From positions 1-59,029 of the IMG/VR virus record IMGVR_UViG_3300021963_000146: 59,029 nt of DNA. One strand, written 5' to 3'. Positions 30,201 through 40,388 of the stretch are shown here, in pieces; position 1 is the stretch's first letter, and the number at the start of each line of letters is the position of its first letter. The notes beneath the pieces were generated by a model that was given only the letters and a program-made list of their open reading frames with translations, was not told the DNA's origin and did not search any database. A program made the translations under genes and the position numbers. This stretch comes from a virus. Lineage: Duplodnaviria > Caudoviricetes.

Positions 30201-30936
30201 TGAATATACTAGCACTAAACAGTATGCTCCTGCTCATCTAGTATATGCTGGTGTTGTTACATACAGCCATGCTAACCAAGGCGCTATTGAAGTTAGAATC
30301 CAAAATGGTTACGAGATGGATGAACTCCATAATGTATCTGCTAGGAATGCTACTAATGGTCAAACACTATTGTATAACGAGACTACAGGTCTATGGCAAA
30401 AGGCTAACTTAACAGCTGGCACTGGTGTCTCTGTTACTAATGCTGCAGGATCAGTTACTATTGCTAATACAGGCGTATTGTCTGTTGCTGGTACTACTGA
30501 TGAGATTGATGTTGCTACCTCTAGTGGTGTTGTTACATTAAGTTTACCTGCTACTATCAATGCTAATACAACAGGTAATGCTGCAACGGCTACTAATGTT
30601 GCCTATACAGGTTTAACTGGAACTGTTCCTACATGGAATCAAGATACTACAGGTAATGCAGCTACGGCTACTAATGTTGCCTACTCAGGTTTAACTGGTA
30701 CAGTACCTACTTGGAATCAAAATACAACGGGAACTGCTGCAGGTTTATCTGCTACCTTAGCTATTGGTTCAGGTGGTACAGGTCAAACAACTGCAACAGC
30801 TGCATTTAATGCTCTTGCACCAGATCAATCAGGTAACACAGGTAAAGTGCTTTCAACAAATGGTACAACTACCTCATGGGTAACAATCACAGATCCGACT
30901 GATATTGCTATCAGTATGGCTATTGCTTTAGGCTAA
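27241..30936 (+). CDS. Long tail fibre with Ala/Thr/Ser heptad repeats
   Basis: Extensive ATTQAGI/ATTATTQ repeats, two YLG...DP.LD..G....GA.Y.NST modules, and an NNLSDL..AATARTNLGLG motif. Confidence 0.8.
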   Translation: MATLGLTTQENIINVQTVDYVLSLSRTGGQGAQGYSAYDIAVQNGYTGTAQQFATELTTLTLKVTQAAASATQAANSATAASGSATNSLNSANAAALSATTATTQATAASQSAVNSAASAAQSSTFADNSEDSATDSQLAAADAAASEDAAASSEANALLYKNAAQASATTASNAATSATNSATSATNSATAAALSATASANSASDADLSEANALASATTATQQAVISTTQAGIATTKATEASGSATTASNAATTATTQAGIATTKASEASTSATTATTQAGIATTQATTATTQAGIATTQATTATTQAGIATTKAAEAAISAANAAAAKSSVDASLASFRRTYLGELPSDPTLDGNGDPVIIGAEYFNSTAQKLKVYTSTGWQFYDATAQTASQNAALSASQAAGSAATANTYAVTAINKAAEADTSAQNAAISATSALASKNSAATSELNASTSANYALNYKNAAEASATLASSKASEAATSATNAATSATTAGTGATTATTQAGIATTQAGIATTQAGIATTKAGEAATSATNALASETSASTSAATATTQATNAGNSATSASTSATNAATSATNALASETSASTSASTATTQAGIATTQATSASGSATTATTQAGIATTQAGIATNKAGEASTSATNAATSATTATTQATNAASSATAAGTSATNAATSATNALASETASSANAATSTTQAGIATTQAGLASASATTATTQAGIATTAATTATTQAGLASTSATNAATSETNAASSASAAQAARDQALAAFDNFDDKYLGEKASDPSLDNDGNALVTGALYYNSTIPGMKVYNGTAWVAAYISGAGYVLASNNLSDLTNAATARTNLGLGTAATTASTAYATAAQGTLADNAVSNLTSTDGSVSITTTGTVKDLSVGIAGSTGVLIAQVRNETGAPLTKGTLVYVSGASSNKALVSKAIATGDTTSAQTFGMVREDIPHNQNGYVVVSGSLTGLNTLAYPNGTQLYLSSTVAGEYTSTKQYAPAHLVYAGVVTYSHANQGAIEVRIQNGYEMDELHNVSARNATNGQTLLYNETTGLWQKANLTAGTGVSVTNAAGSVTIANTGVLSVAGTTDEIDVATSSGVVTLSLPATINANTTGNAATATNVAYTGLTGTVPTWNQDTTGNAATATNVAYSGLTGTVPTWNQNTTGTAAGLSATLAIGSGGTGQTTATAAFNALAPDQSGNTGKVLSTNGTTTSWVTITDPTDIAISMAIALG
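28060..28185 (+). repeat. About three tandem 42-bp coding repeats (ATTATTQAGIATTQ)
   Basis: gctactacggcaactactcaagcgggtattgc units repeat with a 42-nt period. Confidence 0.75.
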
Positions 30937-30945
30937 GGAAATAAT

Positions 30946-31272
30946 ATGGCAAATTCATTTAAGAATTCAGCAGTAGCAAACATCGGAACTACTGCATCAA
31001 CGGTGTATACTACACCAAGTGCAACAACAAGTACTGTAATTGGTCTTACTGTTGCTAATACAAGTAACTCACCAGTCACTGTAGGTATTTACCTTACAAT
31101 TGGCGGTACAGATTATTACCTGCTTAAAAATGCAGTAGTACCTGTAGGTGGTGCTATTGTACCAATTGGTGGTGAGCAAAAGGTTGTGTTACAAACAGGC
31201 AACCTAGTTAAAGTTGTGTCTAGCGCTGCTACTTCAGTAGACGCTATTCTTTCTGTATTGGAGATCTCATAA
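30946..31272 (+). CDS. Small virion/fibre-associated protein
   Basis: MANSFKN...VYTTPSATTSTVIGL; similar in style to 35803..36177. Confidence 0.6.
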   Translation: MANSFKNSAVANIGTTASTVYTTPSATTSTVIGLTVANTSNSPVTVGIYLTIGGTDYYLLKNAVVPVGGAIVPIGGEQKVVLQTGNLVKVVSSAATSVDAILSVLEIS

Positions 31273-31784
31273 TGGCATACATTGGTGCATCCCCAGCACC
31301 TAAGATGCCTGAACTTGACGATAACACAGTTGAAACCAGCGATATCAAGGATGGTGCGGTTACTGCCGCTAAACTTGCTGCTGGTGCAGCTGTGCCTAGT
31401 CAAACAGGTAACTCAGGTAAATTTTTAAAGACAGACGGAAGTACAGCATCATGGCAAACTGTTGATGCTCTTCCTTCTCAAACAAGTCAGTCAGGTAAAT
31501 ATTTAAAGACAGATGGTACAGTAGCTACATGGGATACTGTTACTACACTGCCAACTCAAACAGGTAACTCTGGAGAGTATTTAACAACTGACGGAACAAC
31601 TGCCTCATGGGCACCTCTTACAAGTCCATCTAAAGCAGGTGGAACTATTAATGTTAACTCAACAACTGCTACAGAGAGCTACACATTTCCCTCTGGTACT
31701 AATGGCTTATCAGTTGGTCCAATTACACTTGCGGATGGTGTATCCGTGACTGTAGCTAGTGGACAACGATGGGTAATTATTTAA
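31272..31784 (+). CDS. Fibre-associated protein with three PSQTGNSGKYL.TDG..ASW repeats
   Basis: The repeats are visible in the translation. Confidence 0.65.
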   Translation: MAYIGASPAPKMPELDDNTVETSDIKDGAVTAAKLAAGAAVPSQTGNSGKFLKTDGSTASWQTVDALPSQTSQSGKYLKTDGTVATWDTVTTLPTQTGNSGEYLTTDGTTASWAPLTSPSKAGGTINVNSTTATESYTFPSGTNGLSVGPITLADGVSVTVASGQRWVII

Positions 31785-31794
31785 GGAGAAATAT

Positions 31795-32871
31795 ATGAGT
31801 GAAATTAGAGCTGGTACTACAAGTACCACAGCACTAACAAATACAGGTGATACTACTGGTAACTTAGTATTGACTCCTGATAGTGGTATCATGACTGTTA
31901 ATGCTACTGGTGCTTTAACTATTCCAACTGGAACTACTGCACAAAGACCTTCAAGCCCTGTAATTGGTCAACAAAGATGGAATACAACTACTAATTCAAT
32001 GGAAACTTATAATGGTAGTGGATGGGTTCCTTTTTCCCTTTCTTCTTATTCTTACAGTATTGATTTTCTAGTTATTGCTGGAGGAGGAGGGGGTGGTAAT
32101 CTTCGAGGCGGTGGAGGTGGAGCTGGTGGTTATAGAACTTCTGCTGGAACTTCTGGAGGTGGAGCTGCCGCTGAATCAGCAATAAATGTTGGTGGTGGTG
32201 TAACTTACACAGTAACTGTTGGTGCAGGCGGTGCTGGTTCAACAGATTCAACTCTTAAAGGGTTAAGTGGATCTAATTCTGTGTTTTCAACAATTACTTC
32301 ACTTGGTGGTGGTGGCGGGGGTTCTAATAGCAATCAAAATGGAATTTCTGGAGGTTCTGGGGGTGGTGGTAGCCAGTCTAGTGCGTCTCCGGCTGGCACT
32401 GGGACTTCAGGTCAAGGATATGCGGGTGGTGTAGGCTATGACGGTGGTGGTTCAAATGAAGGTGGAGGCGGTGGAGGTGGAGCAGGTGGTGCAGGCGGCA
32501 ATCGTGCAGGCTCAAGTCGTGCAGGAGCTGGTGGTGCTGGCGTTAGTTCTTCAATTACTGGGACTGCTGTTTCTCGAGCCGGAGGTGGAGGTGGTGGAGA
32601 AAATGGTTTCCTTCGTGGTCTTGCTACTGATGGTGGAGGAAATGGAGCTTCTACTTTTGAATCGGTATCAGCGGTTAATGGCACAGCAAACACTGGTGGC
32701 GGTGGAGGCGGTGGTGGACAAACAGGTACTTATGTATCAGGTGCGCAAGGCGGTAGTGGTGTTGTAATCATTCGTTATTTAGGTTCTCAAAAAGGAACTG
32801 GTGGAGTTGTTACTACAGCTAATGGTTACACAATTCACACATTCACATCTTCAGGTACATACATCGCATAA
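31795..32871 (+). CDS. Glycine-rich domain protein, paralog 1
   Basis: DFLVIAGGGGG ... GGSGVVIIRY ... HTFTSSGT framework. Confidence 0.75.
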   Translation: MSEIRAGTTSTTALTNTGDTTGNLVLTPDSGIMTVNATGALTIPTGTTAQRPSSPVIGQQRWNTTTNSMETYNGSGWVPFSLSSYSYSIDFLVIAGGGGGGNLRGGGGGAGGYRTSAGTSGGGAAAESAINVGGGVTYTVTVGAGGAGSTDSTLKGLSGSNSVFSTITSLGGGGGGSNSNQNGISGGSGGGGSQSSASPAGTGTSGQGYAGGVGYDGGGSNEGGGGGGGAGGAGGNRAGSSRAGAGGAGVSSSITGTAVSRAGGGGGGENGFLRGLATDGGGNGASTFESVSAVNGTANTGGGGGGGGQTGTYVSGAQGGSGVVIIRYLGSQKGTGGVVTTANGYTIHTFTSSGTYIA

Positions 32872-32880
32872 GGACATAAC

Positions 32881-33975
32881 ATGACAACAATAATTAATGC
32901 CGATAACGGTGTTGTGTCCGGTTCTGCAGGACTTAAAACAAGTGCAGACTCTAGTGGTGTCTTGGCATTACAGACTAATGGGACTACTGCAGTTACTGTT
33001 GATACAGATCAAAATGTAACTCTTAATTCTACTGGTGCCTTAGGTATTCCAGTTGGCACTACTGCACAAAGACCTAGTAGCCCATTAGCGGGTCAAACCA
33101 GATATAATACTACTACGTCAAACATCGAAATTTACAACGGAAGTCAATGGGCAACGGTAACACCAACAACAACGTATACAATTGATTATCTTGTTGTTGC
33201 AGGAGGTGGTGCCGGTGGTACTGGTCATGGCGGTGGCGGTGGTGCTGGTGGTTATATCTCTAATACTCTTGTTGTTACCCCACTTTCTACATACACAGCT
33301 ACAATAGGTGCTGGTGGAACAGGCGGTGGGTATGGCTCAAGTATGAGTACCGCTGGTGCAAGTTCTTCTTTTGCTAGTGTTTCTACTGCTATTGGTGGTG
33401 GCTTTGGTGGTGGTCAAAACCAACCAAGCAATGCTAATACTACAGGTGGTAGTGGAGGATCTGGAGGTGGGGGTGGTAACACTACTGCAGGGCTTGGTGC
33501 AGGAGGTGCTGGTACTTCAGGGCAAGGGAATAGCGGTGGCACGGCTCTTTATAATGGTGGCGGTTGGGCATCTGCAGGCGGTGGAGGTGCTGGTGCAGCA
33601 GGTTCTTCTAATACTACTTCCTATATTGGTGGAGCAGGTGGCTCCGGTTTAAATTGGAAATCATTAGGCACTTTTTACGCAGGCGGTGGTGGCGGTGGAG
33701 GTGGTACTGAAAATGACCCAAGCGCTGTTGGAGGCGTTGGTGGTAATGGTGGCGGTGGTAGCGGAACTAAAGGTGGAAGTATACCCGGTATTGCTGGGGC
33801 TGTAAACACAGGCGGTGGTGGAGGTGGCTCTCGTGATGCTAGCGGAGGGAATGGTGGCTCGGGTATTGTTATTATTCGTTATACAGGCGCACAAAGAGGC
33901 ACAGGTGGAACCGTAACTACAAACGATGGATACACTATCCACACCTTTACATCCTCCGGAACATACACAGCATAA
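32881..33975 (+). CDS. Glycine-rich domain protein, paralog 2
   Basis: DYLVVAGGG ... GGSGIVIIRY ... HTFTSSGT; shares GTTAQRPSSP with paralog 1. Confidence 0.75.
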   Translation: MTTIINADNGVVSGSAGLKTSADSSGVLALQTNGTTAVTVDTDQNVTLNSTGALGIPVGTTAQRPSSPLAGQTRYNTTTSNIEIYNGSQWATVTPTTTYTIDYLVVAGGGAGGTGHGGGGGAGGYISNTLVVTPLSTYTATIGAGGTGGGYGSSMSTAGASSSFASVSTAIGGGFGGGQNQPSNANTTGGSGGSGGGGGNTTAGLGAGGAGTSGQGNSGGTALYNGGGWASAGGGGAGAAGSSNTTSYIGGAGGSGLNWKSLGTFYAGGGGGGGGTENDPSAVGGVGGNGGGGSGTKGGSIPGIAGAVNTGGGGGGSRDASGGNGGSGIVIIRYTGAQRGTGGTVTTNDGYTIHTFTSSGTYTA

Positions 33976-33984
33976 GGAAACAAC

Positions 33985-34965
33985 ATGGCAATTATATTAG
34001 ACGGTACAAGGGGTGAAATACCCGCATCTTGGACTACAGCCGGACGCCCATCAAGTCCTAGTGCTGGTCAAATGGGATACAATACAACAACAGGAAATCC
34101 TGAATGGTATTCTTCTTTAGGTTGGACAAATTTTTCTCAATCTACCGCTTATACTTCTGATTTTTTAATTATTGGCGGAGGTGGTGGCGGAGGTAAATAT
34201 TACGGTGGTGGAGGCGGTGCAGGAGGCTACAGAACAAGTTGGACATCTTCTGCTGGAACATCTTCACCAAAAGCTTCTGGTGGAGGTTCTGCTGTTGAGT
34301 CTGCTATTACCTTAACAGCTGGAAGCATCTACACAATTATAGTAGGATCTGGTGGCGCTGGAACTAATACACCTTCAACTTCAGGTTCTACTGGAGTTGG
34401 CTCAAGTATATCAGGATCTAATGTCAGTATCTCTGTTAGCGGAGGAGGTGGTGGTGCTTATGCCACTCTTGCTGGTCTTTCTGGGGGTAGTGGTGGGGGA
34501 TCAGGTGGAGAAGGTGGATCACCACAAGTAGGTGGCTCTGGAACAGCAGGGCAAGGTTTTGCAGGTGGTAATGCATCAAGTACTAACAAAGCAGGTGGTG
34601 GTGGTGGAGCTGGTGAAGCAGGAAATACCGATGGTAGTGCTTTTGGTGGAGATGGTGTTTGGTCTGACATTACTGGTACAAGTATTGAAAGAGCTGGTGG
34701 TGGTCAAGCCTATTCAGATGGCACACAAGGCCAACCAGGATCAGGTGGTGGTGGTGCTGGTAACACAAATGCAACAGTAAATACAGGTAGTGGTGGTGGT
34801 GCAGACACTTCTGGTGGAGCTTCTGGATCTGGAGGTTCTGGTATTGTTGTTTTAAAAATATTAACAGCTAGGTATTCAGGTATTACTACAGGTTCACCAA
34901 CAATTACATCATCGGGTTTGTATACAGTTATTCAATACAACTCTTCGGGTACATATACAGCCTAA
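33985..34965 (+). CDS. Glycine-rich domain protein, paralog 3
   Basis: DFLIIGGGGGG ... GGSGIVVL framework. Confidence 0.75.
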   Translation: MAIILDGTRGEIPASWTTAGRPSSPSAGQMGYNTTTGNPEWYSSLGWTNFSQSTAYTSDFLIIGGGGGGGKYYGGGGGAGGYRTSWTSSAGTSSPKASGGGSAVESAITLTAGSIYTIIVGSGGAGTNTPSTSGSTGVGSSISGSNVSISVSGGGGGAYATLAGLSGGSGGGSGGEGGSPQVGGSGTAGQGFAGGNASSTNKAGGGGGAGEAGNTDGSAFGGDGVWSDITGTSIERAGGGQAYSDGTQGQPGSGGGGAGNTNATVNTGSGGGADTSGGASGSGGSGIVVLKILTARYSGITTGSPTITSSGLYTVIQYNSSGTYTA

Positions 34966-34983
34966 CAAAAAGGAAAATAAAAT

Positions 34984-35514
34984 ATGTCATACTTAGGTAT
35001 TCCACCATTTGGTAGAACAGCTAGAACTGTGACCGAAGTAATCGCTACATCTGGACAGACTACATTCTATCCTAGTGGTGGTTATACTGTAGGCTACATT
35101 GATGTCACACTAAATGGTATTACACTCTTATCAACAGACTATACTGCAACTGATGGTTTGTCTGTTGTTCTCAGCTCAGCCGCAGTACTGAATGATGAAC
35201 TAAAATTCACAACGTATACTGTTAACCTGTATGATGGTATTCCAAATCCATCTGGAAATGCAGGTAAATATTTAAAGACTAATGGTAGTACAAATTCATG
35301 GGAAACTGTAGATGCTCTCCCATCTCAAGCAGACAATGCTAACAAGTATTTAAAGACAGATGGAACTACAGCATCTTGGGCTACACTTACTGTATTGAAT
35401 AATATGCCTGTAACATTAAACAATGGTTCAACAGCATCAGTGTCTGTTGCACAAGGCTACTTACCAGTAATAACAAACACTGGTAGTACAGTAAATGTAT
35501 CTATTACCTCATAA
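34984..35514 (+). CDS. Fibre-associated protein
   Basis: ATSGQTTF...DYTATDG domain plus two GKYLKT.G..SW-type repeats. Confidence 0.6.
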   Translation: MSYLGIPPFGRTARTVTEVIATSGQTTFYPSGGYTVGYIDVTLNGITLLSTDYTATDGLSVVLSSAAVLNDELKFTTYTVNLYDGIPNPSGNAGKYLKTNGSTNSWETVDALPSQADNANKYLKTDGTTASWATLTVLNNMPVTLNNGSTASVSVAQGYLPVITNTGSTVNVSITS

Positions 35515-35523
35515 GGATTTTAA

Positions 35524-35793
35524 ATGGCAACCAAATATTCTCTAACAATTAATGGAACCCAGATTCAAGAGTTACAAAATGGTGACTCTCTATTGGGTTC
35601 TATTGCTAGCTTAACTGGTGGAACTGCTGGTAGCATTCCTTGGCAGAGTGCAGCAAGTACAACTGGATTTACCTCTGCAGGTACATCTGGTCAATTTTTA
35701 CAATCAAATGGTACTAGTGCACCTAGTTGGGTGACACCTACGTACGCATCAACTGGCAAGGCAATAGCCATGTCTCTCATTTTCGGATTTTAA
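35524..35793 (+). CDS. Small fibre-associated protein
   Basis: GQFLQSNGTSAPSW repeat. The C-terminal KAIAMSLIFG resembles the fibre C-terminus AISMAIALG. Confidence 0.55.
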   Translation: MATKYSLTINGTQIQELQNGDSLLGSIASLTGGTAGSIPWQSAASTTGFTSAGTSGQFLQSNGTSAPSWVTPTYASTGKAIAMSLIFGF

Positions 35794-35802
35794 GGAGTAA
35801 GC

Positions 35803-36177
35803 ATGGCTAACCCAAATATCGTTGGCGTAACAGCTATTTATGGCGCTACGTCTTATCTCGTACCTACAGGTACATCGGCTACTGCTTGGACAGCATTGAC
35901 TCCAGCAGTTGGCTCAGTAAATAAAGTAGGCTCTATTGTTGCGTCTAACGTAACAGCATCAGCCGCTAACATTACAGTGTCAGTCAATAGTGCTGTTTCA
36001 GGTGGTGGTACAGCATATCGTATTGCATATCAAATTAGTGTTCCTCCAAATGCCTCTCTTATTATTACAGATAAGACTACAGCATTCTATGTTGGTGAAG
36101 CACAGTCTGTAGTAGTAACTTCAGGCACAACAAACGCTATTGAACTTGTTGCTAGTTACGAAACAATAACAGCTTAA
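35803..36177 (+). CDS. Small virion/fibre-associated protein
   Basis: AAGGAG RBS; MANPNIVGVT...SYETIT. Confidence 0.6.
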   Translation: MANPNIVGVTAIYGATSYLVPTGTSATAWTALTPAVGSVNKVGSIVASNVTASAANITVSVNSAVSGGGTAYRIAYQISVPPNASLIITDKTTAFYVGEAQSVVVTSGTTNAIELVASYETITA

Positions 36178-36188
36178 GGAGGCACAAT

Positions 36189-37088
36189 ATGTCTCTAAGA
36201 TATACAGGTAATGTATTGTCTGCAAGTGTAGATGGAATTAGAACAGTTACTCCCAGTGTTGAGTACCTTGTTGTAGCTGGAGGTGGTGGTGCAGCTAATT
36301 CTTACGGCTCCGGAGGCGGTGCAGGTGGCCTTTTATCAGCAACAGGATACGCAGTTACTGCTGGCTCAAGTATTACTGTAACTGTTGGTTCTGGTGGTGC
36401 TGGTGGTGCTACTGGTTCAGGTGGTAATAACGGCTCTCAAGGTTCTAGCTCTGTTTTTGGATCTATAACAACCGTTGGAGGCGGTGGTGGAGTTTATGGA
36501 AACTATGGTGCCGGAGGTAATGGTGGATCAGGAGGAGGTGGTGCTGGCTACAGTGGAAGTGCTGGGGGTTTAGGAACTGCCAATCAAGGTTACGCTGGGG
36601 GTGCTGGTGCAGGTAGTCTTATAAAAGCTGGTGGAGGTGGAGGTGGAGCTGGAGGTGCTGGTGGTAATGGCAGTACTTCTGGAAAATATTCTGGTAGTGG
36701 TGGAACAGGCATTTGCTCTACTATTTCAGGTACACAAGTTTTTTATGCTGGGGGTGGGGCTGGAGGCGCTGAATCAGAAGGTGCTTCTGGTTATTCTGCT
36801 GGACTTGGTGGTGCTGGTGGTGGGGGTAATGGAACCGTAGGAAATTTTAATACTGGAGGCGGCTCTGGTACAACTTTTGTTGGTAACGCTGGTTTACCAA
36901 ATACAGGTGGCGGAGGCGGTGGTGCATGGCAATATACTGGTGGTGGAAATGGTGGCTCTGGTATAGTTATTCTCCGCTATCCATCTATTTATTTACCAGC
37001 AAAATCAACAACAGGTTCTCCTGAGACATATATTATAGGCGCATGGCGTGTATACAAATTTATTGCCTCAGGCACAATTACATTTTAA
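36189..37088 (+). CDS. Glycine-rich domain protein, paralog 4
   Basis: VEYLVVAGGGG ... GGSGIVILRYP ... SGTITF. Confidence 0.75.
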   Translation: MSLRYTGNVLSASVDGIRTVTPSVEYLVVAGGGGAANSYGSGGGAGGLLSATGYAVTAGSSITVTVGSGGAGGATGSGGNNGSQGSSSVFGSITTVGGGGGVYGNYGAGGNGGSGGGGAGYSGSAGGLGTANQGYAGGAGAGSLIKAGGGGGGAGGAGGNGSTSGKYSGSGGTGICSTISGTQVFYAGGGAGGAESEGASGYSAGLGGAGGGGNGTVGNFNTGGGSGTTFVGNAGLPNTGGGGGGAWQYTGGGNGGSGIVILRYPSIYLPAKSTTGSPETYIIGAWRVYKFIASGTITF

Positions 37089-37097
37089 GGAGTAGAT

Positions 37098-40000
37098 ATG
37101 GCAAGTGGATTATTTACACTTAAACAAGTAAATCAAGCTGTTCAACAAGGCGGCTGGTCAGGGTATAGTGCCCCTAAATGGGTTGAGTATCTTGTTGTCG
37201 CTGGAGGGGGTGGTGGTGGAACAGAAAATTCTGGTGGGGGCGGTGCAGGTGGTTTATTAACAGGTATTGCTACTGTAACTGCTGGATCTTCTTATACTAT
37301 AACTGTAGGTGCTGGTGGGGTTGGTACATCAACTAGTACTGCAACTGGATCAATAGGTTCAAATTCTGCATTTAATACTATAACTACTTTAGGTGGTGGA
37401 GGTGGTGGTTCCAGATTTTCAACAACTTCAATGTCTGGTGGTTCAGGAGGTGGAGCTGGTCAAAATAATGGAGGTAATTCTTCTTCCCCAAGATATGGTG
37501 GAGAAGGTACTCTTAACCAAGGTAATAGTGGTGGAACATATCTCAGCGATTCTCCAAGATGGGCAGGTGCAGGTGGTGGCGGTGCTGGAACGGCTGGAAC
37601 TGGTAGTACTACTTCAATTGCAGGTAATGGTGGTTCTGGCATATCTTCTAGCATTACTGGAGTAATAAAAACTTATGCAGGGGGTGGAGGCGGTGGTACT
37701 AGAGATGGTCTTATTCCTGGTTATGGTGGAATAGGTGGTGGAGGTACAGGTGCTAGTTCTAGCAGTGCAACTGGATCAAATGGATTAGTAAATACAGGCG
37801 GTGGTGCTGGTGGAGGTGGTCAAGGGTACTCTGGAGGAACAGGTGGTTCTGGTGTTGTTGTAGTTCGTTATCCAGGCAACGTACAATTTTACACTGGCGG
37901 TGCAATTACTTATGCTAACGGCTACATTGTTCACACGTTCGTTGCATCAGGCACATTAGTTCCTACTACACCAACAGTTATCACGACTGACTATCAAATT
38001 AGCCGTTCACTGCGTTTCAATAGCGCTGATTCTACTTATTTAAGTCGTACACCTGCAAGTGCAGGAAATCGTAGAACTTGGACATTAAGTTTTTGGATTA
38101 AGAAAACAGTTAATGGTGCAAGTTATACAAACATTTTTGGTGCAGGAAATAGTGCATCTAATAGGGCAGATATTCTTTGGCATCCAAGTGATTATTTACG
38201 TTATTATGACTATAATAATGCTTATAGTTGGTTTGCAGGAAGTTCCGCAGGAGGTTCTTGGAATCTTTACCGAGATACATCTGCTTGGTATCATATTGTT
38301 ATTGCAGTAGATACTACACAAGTAAATAATGCAGATAGGGTAAAAGGTTATATTAACGGATCATTTGTTCCAAATGGAAGTACTGATACATATACACAAA
38401 ATGCTGAAACAGCAATTAATTCTACGATTGCACATACATTAGGTTCTCATGCTGTATATGGCCAATATATGAATGCATACCTAACAGAAGTAAACTTTAT
38501 TGATGGCCAGCAATTAGCCGCCTCATCATTTGGAGAATTTAATACTAACACAAATGTATGGAAACCTAAATCTTATTCGGGTACATATGGCACTAATGGT
38601 TTTTATCTAAACTTTTCAGACAACTCATCTACAAGCTCAACAGGTATTGGTAAAGATTATTCGGGTAATTCAAATAATTGGACACCTAATAACTTCAGCG
38701 TGACTGCTGGTGTTGGCAATGACTCGGTAGTTGATGTTCCTACAAGCTATGGCACTGATTACGGTTTTGGTGGTACTGTTCGTGGTAACTATGCTACGCT
38801 AAACCCATTAAATGCTGGTAATTCTGCATTTATAACAAATGGCAATTTGGATATGACAGCCAATACAGTTGCTGAATGGAGGAGTGGTGTTAGTACAATT
38901 GCTATGTCTAGTGGGAAATGGTATGCAGAAGTAACTGTAAATAACAATTCAATGGTAGCAGGTATTGCAAAAGCAGATACTAATTTTACTGGAACAACTA
39001 CTTTTGTTGGTGGTAATTCTACTAGTTGGGGCGTATTAGTATCTACTGGTCAAGTATATAACAACTCAGGGATTCAATTTAATAATTTAAGTTATGCTGC
39101 TGGAGATGTAATTGGTTTTGCATTTGATGCAGATATAGGAACAATGACTTGGTATAAAAATGGCGTTGCTGCAGGCAATACTGTAACAAACCTAATATCA
39201 GGACCATATGTTTTTGGATTTTCAGTTTCTAGTAGTGGTTCAGGAAGTATAAATTTTGGCCAACGAGCATGGGCGTACACACCACCTGCTGGATTTAAAG
39301 CACTTTGCACACAAAATTTATCAGCCCCAACAATTGGATCAAGCCCAACAACTTTGGCGACAAATTATTTTAATTCTGTTTTATACACAGGCAATGGCTC
39401 TGCTCGTTCAATTACAGGTGTTGGGTTTCAGCCTGATTTTACTTGGATTAAAGCCAGAAGTGTTGCTTATTCACATCGCCTTGCAGATTCTGTTCGTGGT
39501 GCTGGTAAGGAACTTTATTCAGACGACACAGCCGCTGAGACAACAAATAGTGCAAATGGCTATGTAACATCATTTAACTCAGATGGATTTTCTTTAAGTA
39601 CTGGTATTGGCGTTAATGCTAATACTCAAACATTTGTTGCATGGAACTGGAAAGCCAATGGTTCAGGCTCAACCAACACAGCAGGATCAATTACTTCAAC
39701 AGTAAGTGCAAACTCTACAAGTGGATTTAGTGTGGTAACTTATACAGGCAACGGAACATCAGGTGCTACTGTTGGTCACGGCCTTGGTGTTACTCCGTCA
39801 ATGGTAATTTTAAAATCAAGAAGTGGTGGAACGTACGATTGGCGTGTTTATCATTCTGGGCTTACAGCAGGGTACAACATTGCTCTAAATACAGCTGCGG
39901 TACAATACCAAGGAAGTTCAGGAAATGCAGGTTACATAAGTGCTGTTGCATCTACCACTTACACTTTGACGCAATCAAACGCAAATCTTGATGCGGTTAA

Positions 40001-40385
40001 TGCAAGCGGCTCTACTTATGTCGCCTACTGTTTTGCAGAAGTAACAGGGTATAGCAAGTTTGGCTCTTACACAGGCAATGGTTCTGCTGATGGACCTTTT
40101 GTGTTTTGTGGTTTTAGACCCGCATATTTCTTAGCAAGAAATGCTTCAGGTGGTGGGAACTGGAATCTTTACGATAACACTCGTGGGTCATACAACTTAG
40201 ATACGCCATTTTTAATGCCTAATTCAAGTGCCGCAGAGTACACAGGCGGAATTGATTTGTTTTCCAATGGTGTAAAAATCAGAACAAATGATTCACCAGC
40301 GGGTTCTAATGTTAACCAAAGTGGACAAACTTACATTTTCATGGCATTTGCCGAGTCCCCATTCAAGTATTCTTTAGCGAGGTAA
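37098..40385 (+). CDS. Glycine-rich domain protein, paralog 5, with LamG/SPRY-like and repeated C-terminal domains
   Basis: Gly-rich N-terminus, then SLRFN...TWTLSFW..WYHIV (LamG-like), SGKWYAEV...GDVIGFAFD (SPRY-like), and repeated YTGNG motifs. Confidence 0.7.
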   Translation: MASGLFTLKQVNQAVQQGGWSGYSAPKWVEYLVVAGGGGGGTENSGGGGAGGLLTGIATVTAGSSYTITVGAGGVGTSTSTATGSIGSNSAFNTITTLGGGGGGSRFSTTSMSGGSGGGAGQNNGGNSSSPRYGGEGTLNQGNSGGTYLSDSPRWAGAGGGGAGTAGTGSTTSIAGNGGSGISSSITGVIKTYAGGGGGGTRDGLIPGYGGIGGGGTGASSSSATGSNGLVNTGGGAGGGGQGYSGGTGGSGVVVVRYPGNVQFYTGGAITYANGYIVHTFVASGTLVPTTPTVITTDYQISRSLRFNSADSTYLSRTPASAGNRRTWTLSFWIKKTVNGASYTNIFGAGNSASNRADILWHPSDYLRYYDYNNAYSWFAGSSAGGSWNLYRDTSAWYHIVIAVDTTQVNNADRVKGYINGSFVPNGSTDTYTQNAETAINSTIAHTLGSHAVYGQYMNAYLTEVNFIDGQQLAASSFGEFNTNTNVWKPKSYSGTYGTNGFYLNFSDNSSTSSTGIGKDYSGNSNNWTPNNFSVTAGVGNDSVVDVPTSYGTDYGFGGTVRGNYATLNPLNAGNSAFITNGNLDMTANTVAEWRSGVSTIAMSSGKWYAEVTVNNNSMVAGIAKADTNFTGTTTFVGGNSTSWGVLVSTGQVYNNSGIQFNNLSYAAGDVIGFAFDADIGTMTWYKNGVAAGNTVTNLISGPYVFGFSVSSSGSGSINFGQRAWAYTPPAGFKALCTQNLSAPTIGSSPTTLATNYFNSVLYTGNGSARSITGVGFQPDFTWIKARSVAYSHRLADSVRGAGKELYSDDTAAETTNSANGYVTSFNSDGFSLSTGIGVNANTQTFVAWNWKANGSGSTNTAGSITSTVSANSTSGFSVVTYTGNGTSGATVGHGLGVTPSMVILKSRSGGTYDWRVYHSGLTAGYNIALNTAAVQYQGSSGNAGYISAVASTTYTLTQSNANLDAVNASGSTYVAYCFAEVTGYSKFGSYTGNGSADGPFVFCGFRPAYFLARNASGGGNWNLYDNTRGSYNLDTPFLMPNSSAAEYTGGIDLFSNGVKIRTNDSPAGSNVNQSGQTYIFMAFAESPFKYSLAR

Positions 40386-40388
40386 CTA